Source: Clostridium sp. CAG:417 (GTDB lineage: Bacteria > Bacillota_I > Bacilli_A > RF39 > UBA660). Taken from it: a stretch of DNA of 32,000 bases. Shown here in pieces: positions 1 through 9,231 of the stretch. A program made the translations under genes and the position numbers. The notes beneath the pieces were generated by a model. The model searched no databases, had not been told where the DNA came from, and saw only the letters and a list, made by a program, of their open reading frames with translations. The DNA is taken from NCBI GenBank assembly GCA_000432835.1, contig FR890370.1, positions 102,092-134,091 of the forward strand, in the 5' to 3' direction. The first letter of the stretch is position 1. Each line of letters begins with the position of its first letter.

Positions 1-1452
1 TATATGATAGCCCACTTCTTAAGTGATATTTGTAATAAAAAAGTAAATACGAATCTATTAGTCAAGATAGTCCTAGCAGTAAGTATCATACTTTTCATGT
101 TAGACTGTAAATACCTAATCTTTTATTTAGATATTATATTAACAATACTAAGTATCTTATTTTATAACAAATATAATAAAAAATATTTTATATTTATCCC
201 CTTAATAGTAATATCTGCCGTCAACTGTCTATCAGCCAATACAAAAGAAAACTATGTCCGAAAAGACTATAAGAGAGTAGAATTTAAAGTAAAAGATTAC
301 TACAGAACAAATAATCTGGTAGACGAATTACATAGTGGCAATGATACCACAAACTATACTACCAGCATCTATTCATCAGTATATAATCCTAATTATTATC
401 ATCTCTATACTAAAGTCTTTAACATGCCTTTTGCCCATAGAAATAAACTAATGACCCTAAATCAAAATGAACTTTTATTTCAAAAATTTATGGGCGTAAA
501 ATACATCATTACCACCAAGGATAACTTCATAGATTATGAAGAAGTAGCCAAAAAGAGTAAGTATAAACTCTTAAAAAATGATGATGTCTTTGCTTTAGGA
601 TATGGAAGTAATAATTTAATGAGTTATGAGGAGTTTTCTAAATTAAAATATCCATATAGTGCAGAAGCCCTAATGCATTATGTTGTTGTAGACGCTAAAC
701 TAAAAACCACTACTTTTAAAAGTAATTTAAAAGAGTATCACCCAACTTACTCATATACAACTAAAAAATTAGATATTAAAAGTGGTAAAACCTATATGAT
801 AAACTCCAATGATGGAAAGCTAAACATAAAACTAGATAGCCCGCTAAAAAATCAATTATTGTTTATAAATTTCAATATGGACTATCAACAAGTTTGTAGT
901 ATTACAGAAAAAAATAATGATCAAACAATAACTATAAATGGTATTACCAACAAACTAACATGTAAGGGTTATGAATATGATAATAAAAACTACAACTTTT
1001 CCTACGTCATTAGTGAAAAAAACTTAACAGAATTAAAAATAAAGTTTTCTAAAGGAAGATATAAAATATCTAACATCAAAATGTATACTCTAGATAACAC
1101 CACTTTAAAAGATATAAAACATGATGATTTAGTAATAAACAAAATGGAAAATGATTGTCTTAAAGGACATATTAATATGAGAAATGATGGTTATTTCGTA
1201 TTATCAATACCGTATGATGAAGGTTTTAATATTACCATGGATGGTAAAAAGGTAGCCTATGAAAAGACAAATGTAGATTTAATAGGATTTAAAATGCCTA
1301 AAGGTAAACATAAAATAATAGTAAAATATAACTCTCCATTATTACACTTTGGAGAAGTAATTAGCCTTATTTCTTTAATGGTTTTAATCATATTTACTAG
1401 ACATAAAACTCCTAAAAAGCAAAACAACAGATTGAAAAATACTAAAATTTAA
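1..1452 (+). CDS. YfhO-like polytopic membrane protein, C-terminal part (5' end cut by window edge)
   Basis: The frame is open from nt 1. Hydrophobic segments are followed by a large soluble region and a C-terminal TM. The tail LSIPYDEGFNITMDGKKVAYEKTNVDLIGFKMPKGKHKIIVKYNSP resembles the conserved YfhO C-terminus. Confidence 0.55.
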   Translation, partial: YMIAHFLSDICNKKVNTNLLVKIVLAVSIILFMLDCKYLIFYLDIILTILSILFYNKYNKKYFIFIPLIVISAVNCLSANTKENYVRKDYKRVEFKVKDYYRTNNLVDELHSGNDTTNYTTSIYSSVYNPNYYHLYTKVFNMPFAHRNKLMTLNQNELLFQKFMGVKYIITTKDNFIDYEEVAKKSKYKLLKNDDVFALGYGSNNLMSYEEFSKLKYPYSAEALMHYVVVDAKLKTTTFKSNLKEYHPTYSYTTKKLDIKSGKTYMINSNDGKLNIKLDSPLKNQLLFINFNMDYQQVCSITEKNNDQTITINGITNKLTCKGYEYDNKNYNFSYVISEKNLTELKIKFSKGRYKISNIKMYTLDNTTLKDIKHDDLVINKMENDCLKGHINMRNDGYFVLSIPYDEGFNITMDGKKVAYEKTNVDLIGFKMPKGKHKIIVKYNSPLLHFGEVISLISLMVLIIFTRHKTPKKQNNRLKNTKI

Positions 1453-1483
1453 GTTACAATATATAAAGAATAGGAGGATAGGT

Positions 1484-2008
1484 ATGGAAATAGAAACAGT
1501 AGTTACTGGTGCTTTAGATGAAAATTGTTATATTTTAAAGAAAAATAATACCTGCCTAGTAATAGATCCAGGAAGTGATTACCTTAAAATTAAAGAAAGA
1601 ATAGGAAATAATAAAATACTAGGAGTTTTAATAACTCATGCTCATTTTGACCATGTTGGAGCTCTTCGTAATTTTCTAACAAAAAGAAGTATTAAAATAT
1701 TCAAGAAAAGTAATTGCAATGAAGAAAAATATACTATAGGGGATTTTAATTTTGAGGTAATATATACCCCAGGTCACGCAAATGATCAAATAGCCTTTTA
1801 TTTTGCCGAAGATAAGGCTATGTTTTCGGGAGACTTTATCTTTAAAGAAAGTATAGGAAGATGTGATCTACCAGGAGGAAGCGAACCTGATATGGCAAAA
1901 AGCCTTGAAAAAATTAAAACATACGCCAAAGATATTGTTATATATCCAGGACATGGTGATAAAACAACTATAGGTTATGAGCTAGAAAATAATGAGTTTT
2001 TAAGATAA
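1484..2008 (+). CDS. MBL-fold metallo-hydrolase (glyoxalase II-like)
   Basis: Metal-binding motif THAHFDHVGA (HxHxDH), then a later TPGH motif and a GD...PGHG motif. RBS aggagg lies 7 nt upstream. Confidence 0.85.
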   Translation: MEIETVVTGALDENCYILKKNNTCLVIDPGSDYLKIKERIGNNKILGVLITHAHFDHVGALRNFLTKRSIKIFKKSNCNEEKYTIGDFNFEVIYTPGHANDQIAFYFAEDKAMFSGDFIFKESIGRCDLPGGSEPDMAKSLEKIKTYAKDIVIYPGHGDKTTIGYELENNEFLR

Positions 2009-2021
2009 AGAAAAGAGGTAT

Positions 2022-2336
2022 ATGATGTATATAGATTTAATTATTTTTATTATTTTAATAGCAGTAGTGTTTATCTTTTTTAGAAAGTTTTCAAGTATAG
2101 TCTACGCTATTTTTATCATAGATTTAATCCTTAGAGCGCTTACTTATATAAAATGGAACATTAACTTGTTAGATATAAAAAATGTTATAAATAATTATAT
2201 TCCAGAAAATGTTCCTGCTATATTTGGAAAGTACTTAACAGGACTTCCTTATACCATAGTTATGTGGATATATATCATTTTCATGTTTATATTCATAGGC
2301 TATTTAGTAAGAACATTTATAAAAAAACGTAAATAA
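2022..2336 (+). CDS. small integral membrane protein, unknown function
   Basis: 104 aa with three hydrophobic segments and an RBS (agaggt). A hairpin plus T-run follows at ~2341-2372. Confidence 0.5.
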   Translation: MMYIDLIIFIILIAVVFIFFRKFSSIVYAIFIIDLILRALTYIKWNINLLDIKNVINNYIPENVPAIFGKYLTGLPYTIVMWIYIIFMFIFIGYLVRTFIKKRK

Positions 2337-2376
2337 AACCAAAAGGCGACAAAAAGTTTAGCCTTTTTTTTATACA

Positions 2377-3183
2377 ATGATTTTGGTGAGATTTGTGAAG
2401 ATATATTTAGATGTCATTCTATTAATAAATTTTTCCTTCGACTTTATTCTCCTATTTTTAGTATCCTACCTCCTAAAAAGAAAGCAAAAGATGTATCGAA
2501 TATTATTAGGAGCTTTAGTAGGTAGCATGTCAATCTTATTTCTATTCTTACCACTATCTAGTCTAACATTATTTCTTCTAAAACTATTAGTAAGTATATT
2601 TATGATATTAGTAACTTTTGGTTATAAAGACATATCATCCTTTAAAAAAAACTTTTTCTATTTTTACATACTAAGTATCATGTTAGGGGGGATAATATAC
2701 TTCTTAGACATTACGTTTAGTTACAAAAATACGGGTTTAATATTTTTTAATAACGGATTATCAATAAACTTCATTGTTCTTCTTATAATTGGACCTATTA
2801 TTTTATTTCTCTATATAAAAGAGCAAAAAGAATACAAAAAAAATTATACCTTAATACACACGGTAGAAGTAAAAATAAAAAATAAAACATATACTTATAG
2901 GGCCTATTTAGATACCGGTAATAAGTTAGAAGATCCTTATAAAAAAAGAGCCATATTGCTTGTGTATGATAAAAAGTTAGGCTTCAATTATAACGACAGT
3001 ATATTAGTTCCATATCAAACTATAGACGGTACAGGAGTTTTAAAGTGCCATAAAGTTGACTCTATAAAAATTGATAATATTGAGATAAAAAATAACGTAT
3101 TAATAGGAGAAAGCAAGCAAAAATTTAATATTGAGGGAGTAGATTGTATCTTACCAAATAAAATTAAGGAGGAATTTTTATGA
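2377..3183 (+). CDS. spoIIGA: sigma-E processing peptidase SpoIIGA (membrane aspartic protease)
   Basis: Five N-terminal TM segments and a C-terminal DTGN aspartic protease motif (AYLDTGNKLEDP). ATGA overlap with sigE. The true start may be GTG 2395 (VKIYLDVILLINF, RBS ggtgag). Confidence 0.88.
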   Translation: MILVRFVKIYLDVILLINFSFDFILLFLVSYLLKRKQKMYRILLGALVGSMSILFLFLPLSSLTLFLLKLLVSIFMILVTFGYKDISSFKKNFFYFYILSIMLGGIIYFLDITFSYKNTGLIFFNNGLSINFIVLLIIGPIILFLYIKEQKEYKKNYTLIHTVEVKIKNKTYTYRAYLDTGNKLEDPYKKRAILLVYDKKLGFNYNDSILVPYQTIDGTGVLKCHKVDSIKIDNIEIKNNVLIGESKQKFNIEGVDCILPNKIKEEFL

Positions 3184-3869
3184 TCAGTCTTTTATTTTTA
3201 ATCGCAGCCTTATTAAATAAAAATGTAATATTCTATGTAGGAAAAGCAGATGTTTTGCCAGAACCACTAAGTCGTGAAAAAGAAGAGGAATACTTGTGTT
3301 TAAGTGAACAAGGTGACCAAAAGGCAAAAGATATTTTAATAGAACATAATTTGCGTTTAGTAGTTTTTCTTGCTAAAAAATACGAAAACACAGGCGTAGA
3401 CTTAGAGGATTTAGTAAGCATCGGTACAATAGGACTCATAAAGGGAATTAACACATTTCATAGGGGTAAAAATATTAAATTAGCAACTTATGCCTCAAGA
3501 TGTATTGATAATGAAATTTTAATGTATTTACGAAAGAACAAAAAAACTAAGACAGAAGTTAGTATTGATGCTTCTCTAAGTTATGATTCAGAAGGAAATG
3601 AACTTCATTTAGAAGATGTATTAGGAACAGAAGATGATATAGTAACAAAAAGCATTGAAGATGAAGATGATAAAAAAATTATGATAGAAGAGATAAAAAG
3701 ATTAAATAAAAGAGATAGGGATATTCTTATTTTAAGATATGGTCTCTTTGGTGTAGAAGAAAAGACCCAAAAAGAAGTAGCTGACATGTTAGGCATTAGC
3801 CAATCGTATATTTCACGTATAGAAAAAAAGGTAATAAAAAGACTAAAAAATGTAGTTAACTGCACTTAA
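3180..3869 (+). CDS. sigE: RNA polymerase sporulation sigma factor E (pro-sigma-E)
   Basis: Pro-sequence plus YVGKADVLPEPLSREKEEEYL. Region 2 is HNLRLVVFLAKKY...DLVSIGTIGLIKGINTF. Region 4 HTH is TQKEVADMLGISQSYISRIEKK. Sits immediately downstream of spoIIGA. Confidence 0.92.
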   Translation: MISLLFLIAALLNKNVIFYVGKADVLPEPLSREKEEEYLCLSEQGDQKAKDILIEHNLRLVVFLAKKYENTGVDLEDLVSIGTIGLIKGINTFHRGKNIKLATYASRCIDNEILMYLRKNKKTKTEVSIDASLSYDSEGNELHLEDVLGTEDDIVTKSIEDEDDKKIMIEEIKRLNKRDRDILILRYGLFGVEEKTQKEVADMLGISQSYISRIEKKVIKRLKNVVNCT

Positions 3870-3871
3870 AA

Positions 3872-3898
3872 ATGTTAGGTATTTCCTAACATTTTTTA
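3872..3898. terminator. intrinsic terminator after sigE (bidirectional hairpin)
   Basis: atgttagg-tattt-cctaacat stem-loop followed by TTTTTT. An A-run on the other side lets it also serve the convergent - strand gene. Confidence 0.75.
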
Positions 3899-4094
3899 TT
3901 ACCACGATTAATTTTTTTATCAATAAGAGTATAACCATTAATATAAATACCTGTTACACCTAAAAAATAGTTTGTTTTCTTTCTCCTTAAATAAGTACCT
4001 AAAGGAACAAGAAAGTATACCAATTTCTAAATATCAAATAAAAAAATCAACTATAAAAGTTGACCAAACTGCCAAATTTAAGAAAATACTTCCC

Positions 4095-4451
4095 TTAACT
4101 TTTTTTATTTTTGGAGGAGCGCTTCATACTACCAAGAACAGGCAACAAAAAGATAATTAAATAATATATTAAAAGATTTATATTAAATTCATGTTCAAAA
4201 ATCATATTCAACAAAATAAATGTTATAACAGCGACTCCACCTATTTTTATTCCTTCCAAAAAACTATACTTATTAGAAGTATTACCAAGTCTTATACCAT
4301 TAAAATATAAAATTAAGACCATAAATAATAATTCCATATATTTATATATTTTATCACTTAAAATATTAAAGTAGGATAAAAGGCTCAACACAAGAGTAAC
4401 AACAATCACTTCAATAGTCATTCTGATAAAAGTTTTCAAATACTTTTTCAT
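4095..4451 (-). CDS. small multi-pass membrane protein (YrzE-like?)
   Basis: 118 aa with four hydrophobic helices and RBS gaggtg upstream of the ATG. No catalytic motifs. Confidence 0.55.
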   Translation of the reverse strand: MKKYLKTFIRMTIEVIVVTLVLSLLSYFNILSDKIYKYMELLFMVLILYFNGIRLGNTSNKYSFLEGIKIGGVAVITFILLNMIFEHEFNINLLIYYLIIFLLPVLGSMKRSSKNKKS

Positions 4452-4527
4452 AATTCACCTCTAATAAACAATATGAAATGTATAAAAAAATATTCATGAG
4501 ACCTATATATAATTAGGTGATAAAATT

Positions 4528-5175
4528 ATGTTAACAGGAATTGTCTTAATAGTACGTACTATTATTTCATACTTACTAATGCTACTTCTAATATATTTAC
4601 AAAAAAAAGATCAAAATAAAAAGTTATTAATCTTAGATAAAGTAATTCTACTTTTGATAATAGTAATTAATAGTAATCTAATACTAAACTATGATATAAA
4701 TGTCTTAATTTATATTATCCCCATAATTACACTTCTTTTATTAAGAGAAGTAACTAGATTAATATTAATTGATAATAATAAAGTAAAAAATATCTTTGAA
4801 AAAGATCCAATTATCTTAGTAAAAAATAGCAAGATATATTTTAAGAATCTTATTGATCATAATTATTCTATAGATACTTTATTAACAGAACTTAGAAAAA
4901 ATAGATTCTATTCTTTAAAAGATATTAAATATGTCTTTTTAGAGTCAGATAACACTTTATCTATATTCCCATACGATAAAAACAAATTTGAAACTTATCC
5001 TATACCAATAATATTAGATGGTATCCTTAATGATTTTTTGCTTAAAGAACTGCATCTTACAAAAGAAAAAATAGAAAAAATGTTGATAAGAGATAATCTT
5101 TTGATAGAGGATATATATTACGCTATGTATGAAAATAATAAATTATTTATAATTAGAAAAGATGAACTAAAATAG
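4528..5175 (+). CDS. DUF421/YetF-like membrane protein
   Basis: N-terminal TM helices. The soluble C-domain pattern (PIILVKNSKIYFKNL...YSIDTLLTELRKNRFYSLKDIKYVFLESDNTLSIF) is typical of the YetF family. Confidence 0.65.
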   Translation: MLTGIVLIVRTIISYLLMLLLIYLQKKDQNKKLLILDKVILLLIIVINSNLILNYDINVLIYIIPIITLLLLREVTRLILIDNNKVKNIFEKDPIILVKNSKIYFKNLIDHNYSIDTLLTELRKNRFYSLKDIKYVFLESDNTLSIFPYDKNKFETYPIPIILDGILNDFLLKELHLTKEKIEKMLIRDNLLIEDIYYAMYENNKLFIIRKDELK

Positions 5176-5220
5176 ACAAAATAATTATTTACTTTATCAT
5201 ATATTTAAAGTGGTGATTAC

Positions 5221-6390
5221 ATGAATCGAAAAGTGTTAATTTTAATAATCATTTCTTTGCTAATAATTTATTTTTTTATACCTCAGCCAGAAGAAAAAAA
5301 GAAAAGTGTTGTTAAAACAATAAAAGAAAAAGAAACAGAAGAAATGAGAGGAATATTCATCTCTTATATTGAACTAAATAATTATATCAAAAATAAAGAT
5401 GAATTAGAAAGTAAAAAAAATATAGATCAAATGATTAAAAATATTAAGACAAACCACTTTAATACTATTTTCTTACAAGTAAGAAGTCATGCAGACAGTA
5501 TATATGAATCAGATATATTCCCAACAAGTAAAAGTATCATTCTAAGTGATAATACCCATTATGATGTCTTAAAATACTTTATAGACAAAACAAAGAAAGA
5601 AAAAATAAATCTTTATGCTTGGGTTAATCCATATCGAATAGGACCAACAATTGATAAAAGCAGTAAATATTATCAAATGGTTGGAGAAGAGGCAATTGAG
5701 AATATAAACAATACCTATTATTTTAATCCTGCAAATCCTAAGGTAGAAAGTCTTATAGTAAAGGGGATTGAAGAAATAGTTGCTAAATATAAAATAAAGG
5801 GCATTATTTTTGATGATTACTTTTATCCTAGTAATGATATCGATCTAGATTATTATAAAAATAGTAAAACAGAAAAAAGTATAACAGAATATAGACTAGA
5901 TATAGTAACAAGTTTAATAGAAAATGTTAATAAAAGTATCAAAAAAATAAATTCCAAAGTTTTATTTGGAGTATCCCCAGAAGGAAATATTGATAACAAT
6001 TATAATAAAAACTTTGCCGATGTAAAAAAATGGGGCAGTAACAGTAAATATGTCGATTTTTTAATGCCTCAAGTATATTATGGCTTTAATAATAGTTCAA
6101 AACCATTTGAAAGTGTTATTGCAGAATGGTCAAATATTATCAGTGACCAAAATATTAACTTATATTTTGCTTTGCCATTTTATAAAGTAGGAACCATAGA
6201 TTTATATGCCAAAGATGGTAAAAACGAATGGACAGATAATTGTAATATTATAAGAAGGCAAATAGAATCAACTAGAACACTATCTAATTATGATGGCTTT
6301 AGTCTTTTTAGATATGATAATTTATTTAATGAGGAAAAATTTACTAATAATTCTAAAGCCGAATTAGAAGAATTGAAGAAGATAATGTAA
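5221..6390 (+). CDS. glycoside hydrolase-like 10 (GHL10/YngK-like) lipoprotein or anchored protein
   Basis: N-terminal signal/anchor. MRGIFISY...FNTIFLQVRSHADSIYESDIFP...AWVNPYR...IIFDDYFYP matches the family-10-like TIM-barrel hydrolase pattern. Confidence 0.65.
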   Translation: MNRKVLILIIISLLIIYFFIPQPEEKKKSVVKTIKEKETEEMRGIFISYIELNNYIKNKDELESKKNIDQMIKNIKTNHFNTIFLQVRSHADSIYESDIFPTSKSIILSDNTHYDVLKYFIDKTKKEKINLYAWVNPYRIGPTIDKSSKYYQMVGEEAIENINNTYYFNPANPKVESLIVKGIEEIVAKYKIKGIIFDDYFYPSNDIDLDYYKNSKTEKSITEYRLDIVTSLIENVNKSIKKINSKVLFGVSPEGNIDNNYNKNFADVKKWGSNSKYVDFLMPQVYYGFNNSSKPFESVIAEWSNIISDQNINLYFALPFYKVGTIDLYAKDGKNEWTDNCNIIRRQIESTRTLSNYDGFSLFRYDNLFNEEKFTNNSKAELEELKKIM

Positions 6391-6418
6391 ATAATTGTCA
6401 GCCATCTAAAAATATATA

Positions 6419-6447
6419 TTGTTTATCCTGTACTTTAGTTTTATAAT
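6419..6447 (+). promoter_or_regulatory. sigma-A-type promoter for the first pilin-like gene
   Basis: TTGTTT (6419-6424), 17 nt spacer, TATAAT (6442-6447). The predicted TSS lies downstream of the ORF-track ATG at 6419, which supports the 6473 start. Confidence 0.5.
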
Positions 6448-6472
6448 TACAATAGGAAGACGGTGGATTAAA

Positions 6473-7015
6473 ATGAAAGTGAAGAACAGTCTAGGATTTA
6501 CACTAATAGAGTTAATTGCGACAATTACAATACTAGGTATTATTATGTTAATAGCGGTACCTAATGTTATTAGTGTAGTTACTAAAAATAAAAATCAAAC
6601 TTATGTAAATGATGCCAGAAAATTTGTTACTTTAGCTAAATACAAATTTGAGTCGGATGCAAATATTATGCGACCAACTAGCACTAATTGTGCCGTAATA
6701 ATGTTAAGTTCTGTAGATAGAAGTGAATTACAATCAGGACCAGAAGACGGTACATATGAAACAGACTCTAACGCTACAGATCAATCATATGTAGTTATTA
6801 AATATGAAAACAGTACTTATGTATACTATGTTCAGTTGATAGAAACCTATTCTAATAAGAATAATACGGCTCAAAAAAAAGGAATTGCTTTGATGAAGTA
6901 TGATGATCTAGTTCAAATAGATGCCAAAAACAGTGCTATAAAAACATCAGGTTGGATAAATACAGGTTCAATGGGAGCAACAACTGGCTGTACTAATAGT
7001 GACATATATGAATAA
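6473..7015 (+). CDS. type IV pilin / pseudopilin-like protein (prepilin-type N-terminal cleavage/methylation domain)
   Basis: MKVKNSLG|FTLIELIATITILGIIMLIAVPNV is a short leader, G-F cleavage site, Glu5 and hydrophobic helix. Two Cys in the globular domain. RBS ggtgga upstream of ATG 6473; the ORF-track start at 6419 is probably too long. Confidence 0.8.
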   Translation: MKVKNSLGFTLIELIATITILGIIMLIAVPNVISVVTKNKNQTYVNDARKFVTLAKYKFESDANIMRPTSTNCAVIMLSSVDRSELQSGPEDGTYETDSNATDQSYVVIKYENSTYVYYVQLIETYSNKNNTAQKKGIALMKYDDLVQIDAKNSAIKTSGWINTGSMGATTGCTNSDIYE

Positions 7016-7038
7016 TATGCTTAAGGCATATTTTTTTG
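7015..7038 (+). terminator. intrinsic terminator
   Basis: atatgc-ttaag-gcatat hairpin followed by a T7 run. Confidence 0.7.
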
Positions 7039-7171
7039 TATGTAAAAAGAAAAAATGTAAAAAATACTAATAGTGTCAAAAAATGTACAGTGACAAAAAA
7101 CACTTTCGAAAACATTTACAATTAAAAACTACTATGATAAATTTTAGTGTAGGAAAGGTAGGAGAAAAGAA

Positions 7172-7717
7172 TTGAAAAAAATAGATCAAAAAGGTTTTAC
7201 ATTAATTGAGTTGCTAGCTGTAATAGTAATATTAGCCATCTTAATGATAACAGCTATCCCAGCGGTTACAAATTCAATTGCAAAATCAAGAAAGGATACA
7301 TTTGCAACTAACGCTAAAAACATTATTAATGCTGTAAGAACTTCAATGGCTAGTGGTGATGTCAAAAAAGAAACAACTGCTGGTTCAGATGAGTGTTCAT
7401 ATCCTGCTACAGGAGCAAAAGTTGCAGTAGTCCTAACAAGAGCAAACTTAACCAGTTTACTTGAACGTGGAGGAGATAAGAGTTCATTCGGTAGAGCATA
7501 TGCTGAAACAGGTACTAACGCTGTTAAACCTGCAGGATATGTAGTTATTGAAAATAGTAATGATAAATTTAGTTATTCAATTTCTTTAGTTGATGCAGGC
7601 GGAAATGGAATTGCTGCTCCAATAAAAGAATCAGCAATCACAGGTTCATCAGTAAAATTAGGAAATCAAGCATTATCATTATTAAGCACTGGTTATACAC
7701 TATGCTATATAAATTAG
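7172..7717 (+). CDS. type IV pilin-like protein, tandem paralog 1 (TTG start)
   Basis: MKKIDQKG|FTLIELLAVIVILAILMITAIPAV prepilin motif. Cys pair (C75/C178 of the ORF). RBS aggtaggag 8 nt upstream of TTG. Confidence 0.85.
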   Translation: MKKIDQKGFTLIELLAVIVILAILMITAIPAVTNSIAKSRKDTFATNAKNIINAVRTSMASGDVKKETTAGSDECSYPATGAKVAVVLTRANLTSLLERGGDKSSFGRAYAETGTNAVKPAGYVVIENSNDKFSYSISLVDAGGNGIAAPIKESAITGSSVKLGNQALSLLSTGYTLCYIN

Positions 7718-7733
7718 GAAAGGAATAAATAAT

Positions 7734-8279
7734 ATGAAAAACACAAATGAAAAAGGTTTTACATTAATTGAATTATTAGCAGTTATCGTTATTTTAGCTA
7801 TCTTAATGATAACAGCTATCCCAGCGGTTACAAATTCAATTGCAAAATCAAGAAAGGATACATTCGCAACTAATGCTAAAAATGTTATCAACGCTGTAAG
7901 AACTTCAATGGCAAGCGGTGATGTAAAAAATGGATCAGAAGAATGTTCATATCCAGCAGAAGAAAGTGCAGTTAAGATAACAATTACATCAGATGCCCTA
8001 AAGGGATTACTTGAACGTGGTGGAGATAAGAGCTCATTTGGTAGAGCATATAATGATTCTTACGTAATTATTTATAATAAGGGCGGAGATAAATTTGATT
8101 ATTACATTGCTATCACAGATAAAGGTGGAAACGGAGTTGCTACATTTACCAAAGAATCTGCTTTAACTGGTTCAAACATTAAATTAGGAAATGCCGGTAA
8201 CATTACTGGAACATTTAAACCAGAAGGATCTGAAAATGCTCTTGCTACTTCTAACATATCAACTTGTACAGTTAGCTAA
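7734..8279 (+). CDS. type IV pilin-like protein, tandem paralog 2
   Basis: MKNTNEKG|FTLIELLAVIVILAILMITAIPAV. The first ~65 aa are nearly identical to paralog 1 and the C-terminal globular part has diverged. Conserved LLERGGDKSSFGRAY block and a Cys pair. Confidence 0.85.
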   Translation: MKNTNEKGFTLIELLAVIVILAILMITAIPAVTNSIAKSRKDTFATNAKNVINAVRTSMASGDVKNGSEECSYPAEESAVKITITSDALKGLLERGGDKSSFGRAYNDSYVIIYNKGGDKFDYYIAITDKGGNGVATFTKESALTGSNIKLGNAGNITGTFKPEGSENALATSNISTCTVS

Positions 8280-8284
8280 ACTTA

Positions 8285-8307
8285 AAGGTATCACTGATAC
8301 CTTTTTT
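8285..8307 (+). terminator. intrinsic terminator after the pilin pair
   Basis: aaggtatc-act-gatacctt stem followed by a T-run. Confidence 0.75.
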
Positions 8308-8358
8308 CTTGCTAAGAAAAATTAATTATGTTATTTTAATATAAATGGAGATGATAGA

Positions 8359-9231
8359 ATGTTACTTATTGGAAGTCATGTAAATTATAATAGTAAAACT
8401 CAATTATTAGGTGCTTTAAGGCAGGCTCTTTCGATGAATGAAACGACCTTTATGTTCTATACAGGTGCCCCTCAAAATACTATGCGTTCAAAAGTTGATA
8501 GTAAGCTTGTCGAAGAATCTTTAAAAGAGTTGCAAGAAAATAATATTGATATTAATAAAATAATCGTTCATGCCCCATACATTATAAATCTAGCTAATAC
8601 CGAAAAATATGTTTTTGCAGTGAACTTTTTAAAACAAGAAATCTCAAGATGTGAAAGTCTTCACATAAAATACATGGTTTTGCATCCAGGAAGTCACGTT
8701 GGTTTAGGAGTCGACAAGGGAATTGAAAATATTATTTCAGGATTGAATGAGGTATTAGAAAATAGTACTGTAACAATCCTTTTAGAAACTATGGCAGGCA
8801 AGGGAACTGAAATAGGTCGCAACTTTGAAGAATTAAAGAAAATAATTGACGGCATCAATCGTAAAGATCTAATTGGTGTTTGCCTTGATACATGTCATTT
8901 AAATGATGCCGGTTATGATATTTCAAATTTTGATGAGCTCTTACAAGAATTTGACAAAATAATTGGTATAAATTATATAAAATGTATTCATATTAATGAT
9001 AGTAAAAATGAAAGATCATCTCATAAAGATCGTCATGAAAACATTGGATTTGGAACAATTGGTTTTGATAAATTAATCAACATTATATATAATGACAAAC
9101 TAAAAGATATTCCTAAAATACTAGAAACACCATATGTTTTTGATTTACCACCTTACAAAGAAGAAATAGAAATGATAAAAAATAAAAAGTTTGATAATAA
9201 ATTAAAAGAAAAAATAGCCAGTATCTCATAG
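8359..9231 (+). CDS. nfo: deoxyribonuclease IV (endonuclease IV, AP endonuclease)
   Basis: Endo IV metal-ligand blocks HAPYIINLA, LHPGSH, LETMAGKGTE, CLDTCH and HINDS. Confidence 0.92.
   Translation: MLLIGSHVNYNSKTQLLGALRQALSMNETTFMFYTGAPQNTMRSKVDSKLVEESLKELQENNIDINKIIVHAPYIINLANTEKYVFAVNFLKQEISRCESLHIKYMVLHPGSHVGLGVDKGIENIISGLNEVLENSTVTILLETMAGKGTEIGRNFEELKKIIDGINRKDLIGVCLDTCHLNDAGYDISNFDELLQEFDKIIGINYIKCIHINDSKNERSSHKDRHENIGFGTIGFDKLINIIYNDKLKDIPKILETPYVFDLPPYKEEIEMIKNKKFDNKLKEKIASIS

Noticed and set aside
3233-3865. Antisense ORFs 3233-3454 and 3605-3865 inside sigE; similar ones inside pheS, pheT, the PBP, the SDR, the YnbB-like gene and gerM (23413-23613, 25124-25414, 25910-26152, 10680-10886, 14048-14323, 15035-15232, 17958-18164)
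   Set aside because: All are embedded antisense in genes with strong family signatures, and none has an RBS or recognisable motifs.
3972-4160. 62-aa + strand ORF between sigE and the convergent membrane gene
   Set aside because: It starts in terminator-proximal AT-rich DNA without an RBS and overlaps the 3' end of the better-supported - strand gene (4095-4451).
6419-6472. Upstream extension of the first pilin ORF (MFILYFSFIITIGRRWIK...)
   Set aside because: Prepilin leaders are short. A TTGTTT-17-TATAAT promoter overlaps this extension, and a ggtgga RBS precedes ATG 6473.
7060-7110. Direct repeat GTGTCAAAAAATG / GTGACAAAAAACA upstream of pilin paralog 1 as an operator
   Set aside because: There are only two short, imperfect A-rich copies, which could easily arise by chance in AT-rich intergenic DNA.
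7700-7891. 63-aa antisense ORF spanning the junction of the two pilin genes
   Set aside because: It is antisense to the hydrophobic N-terminal helix coding region, where a hydrophobic antisense translation is expected. There is no RBS.
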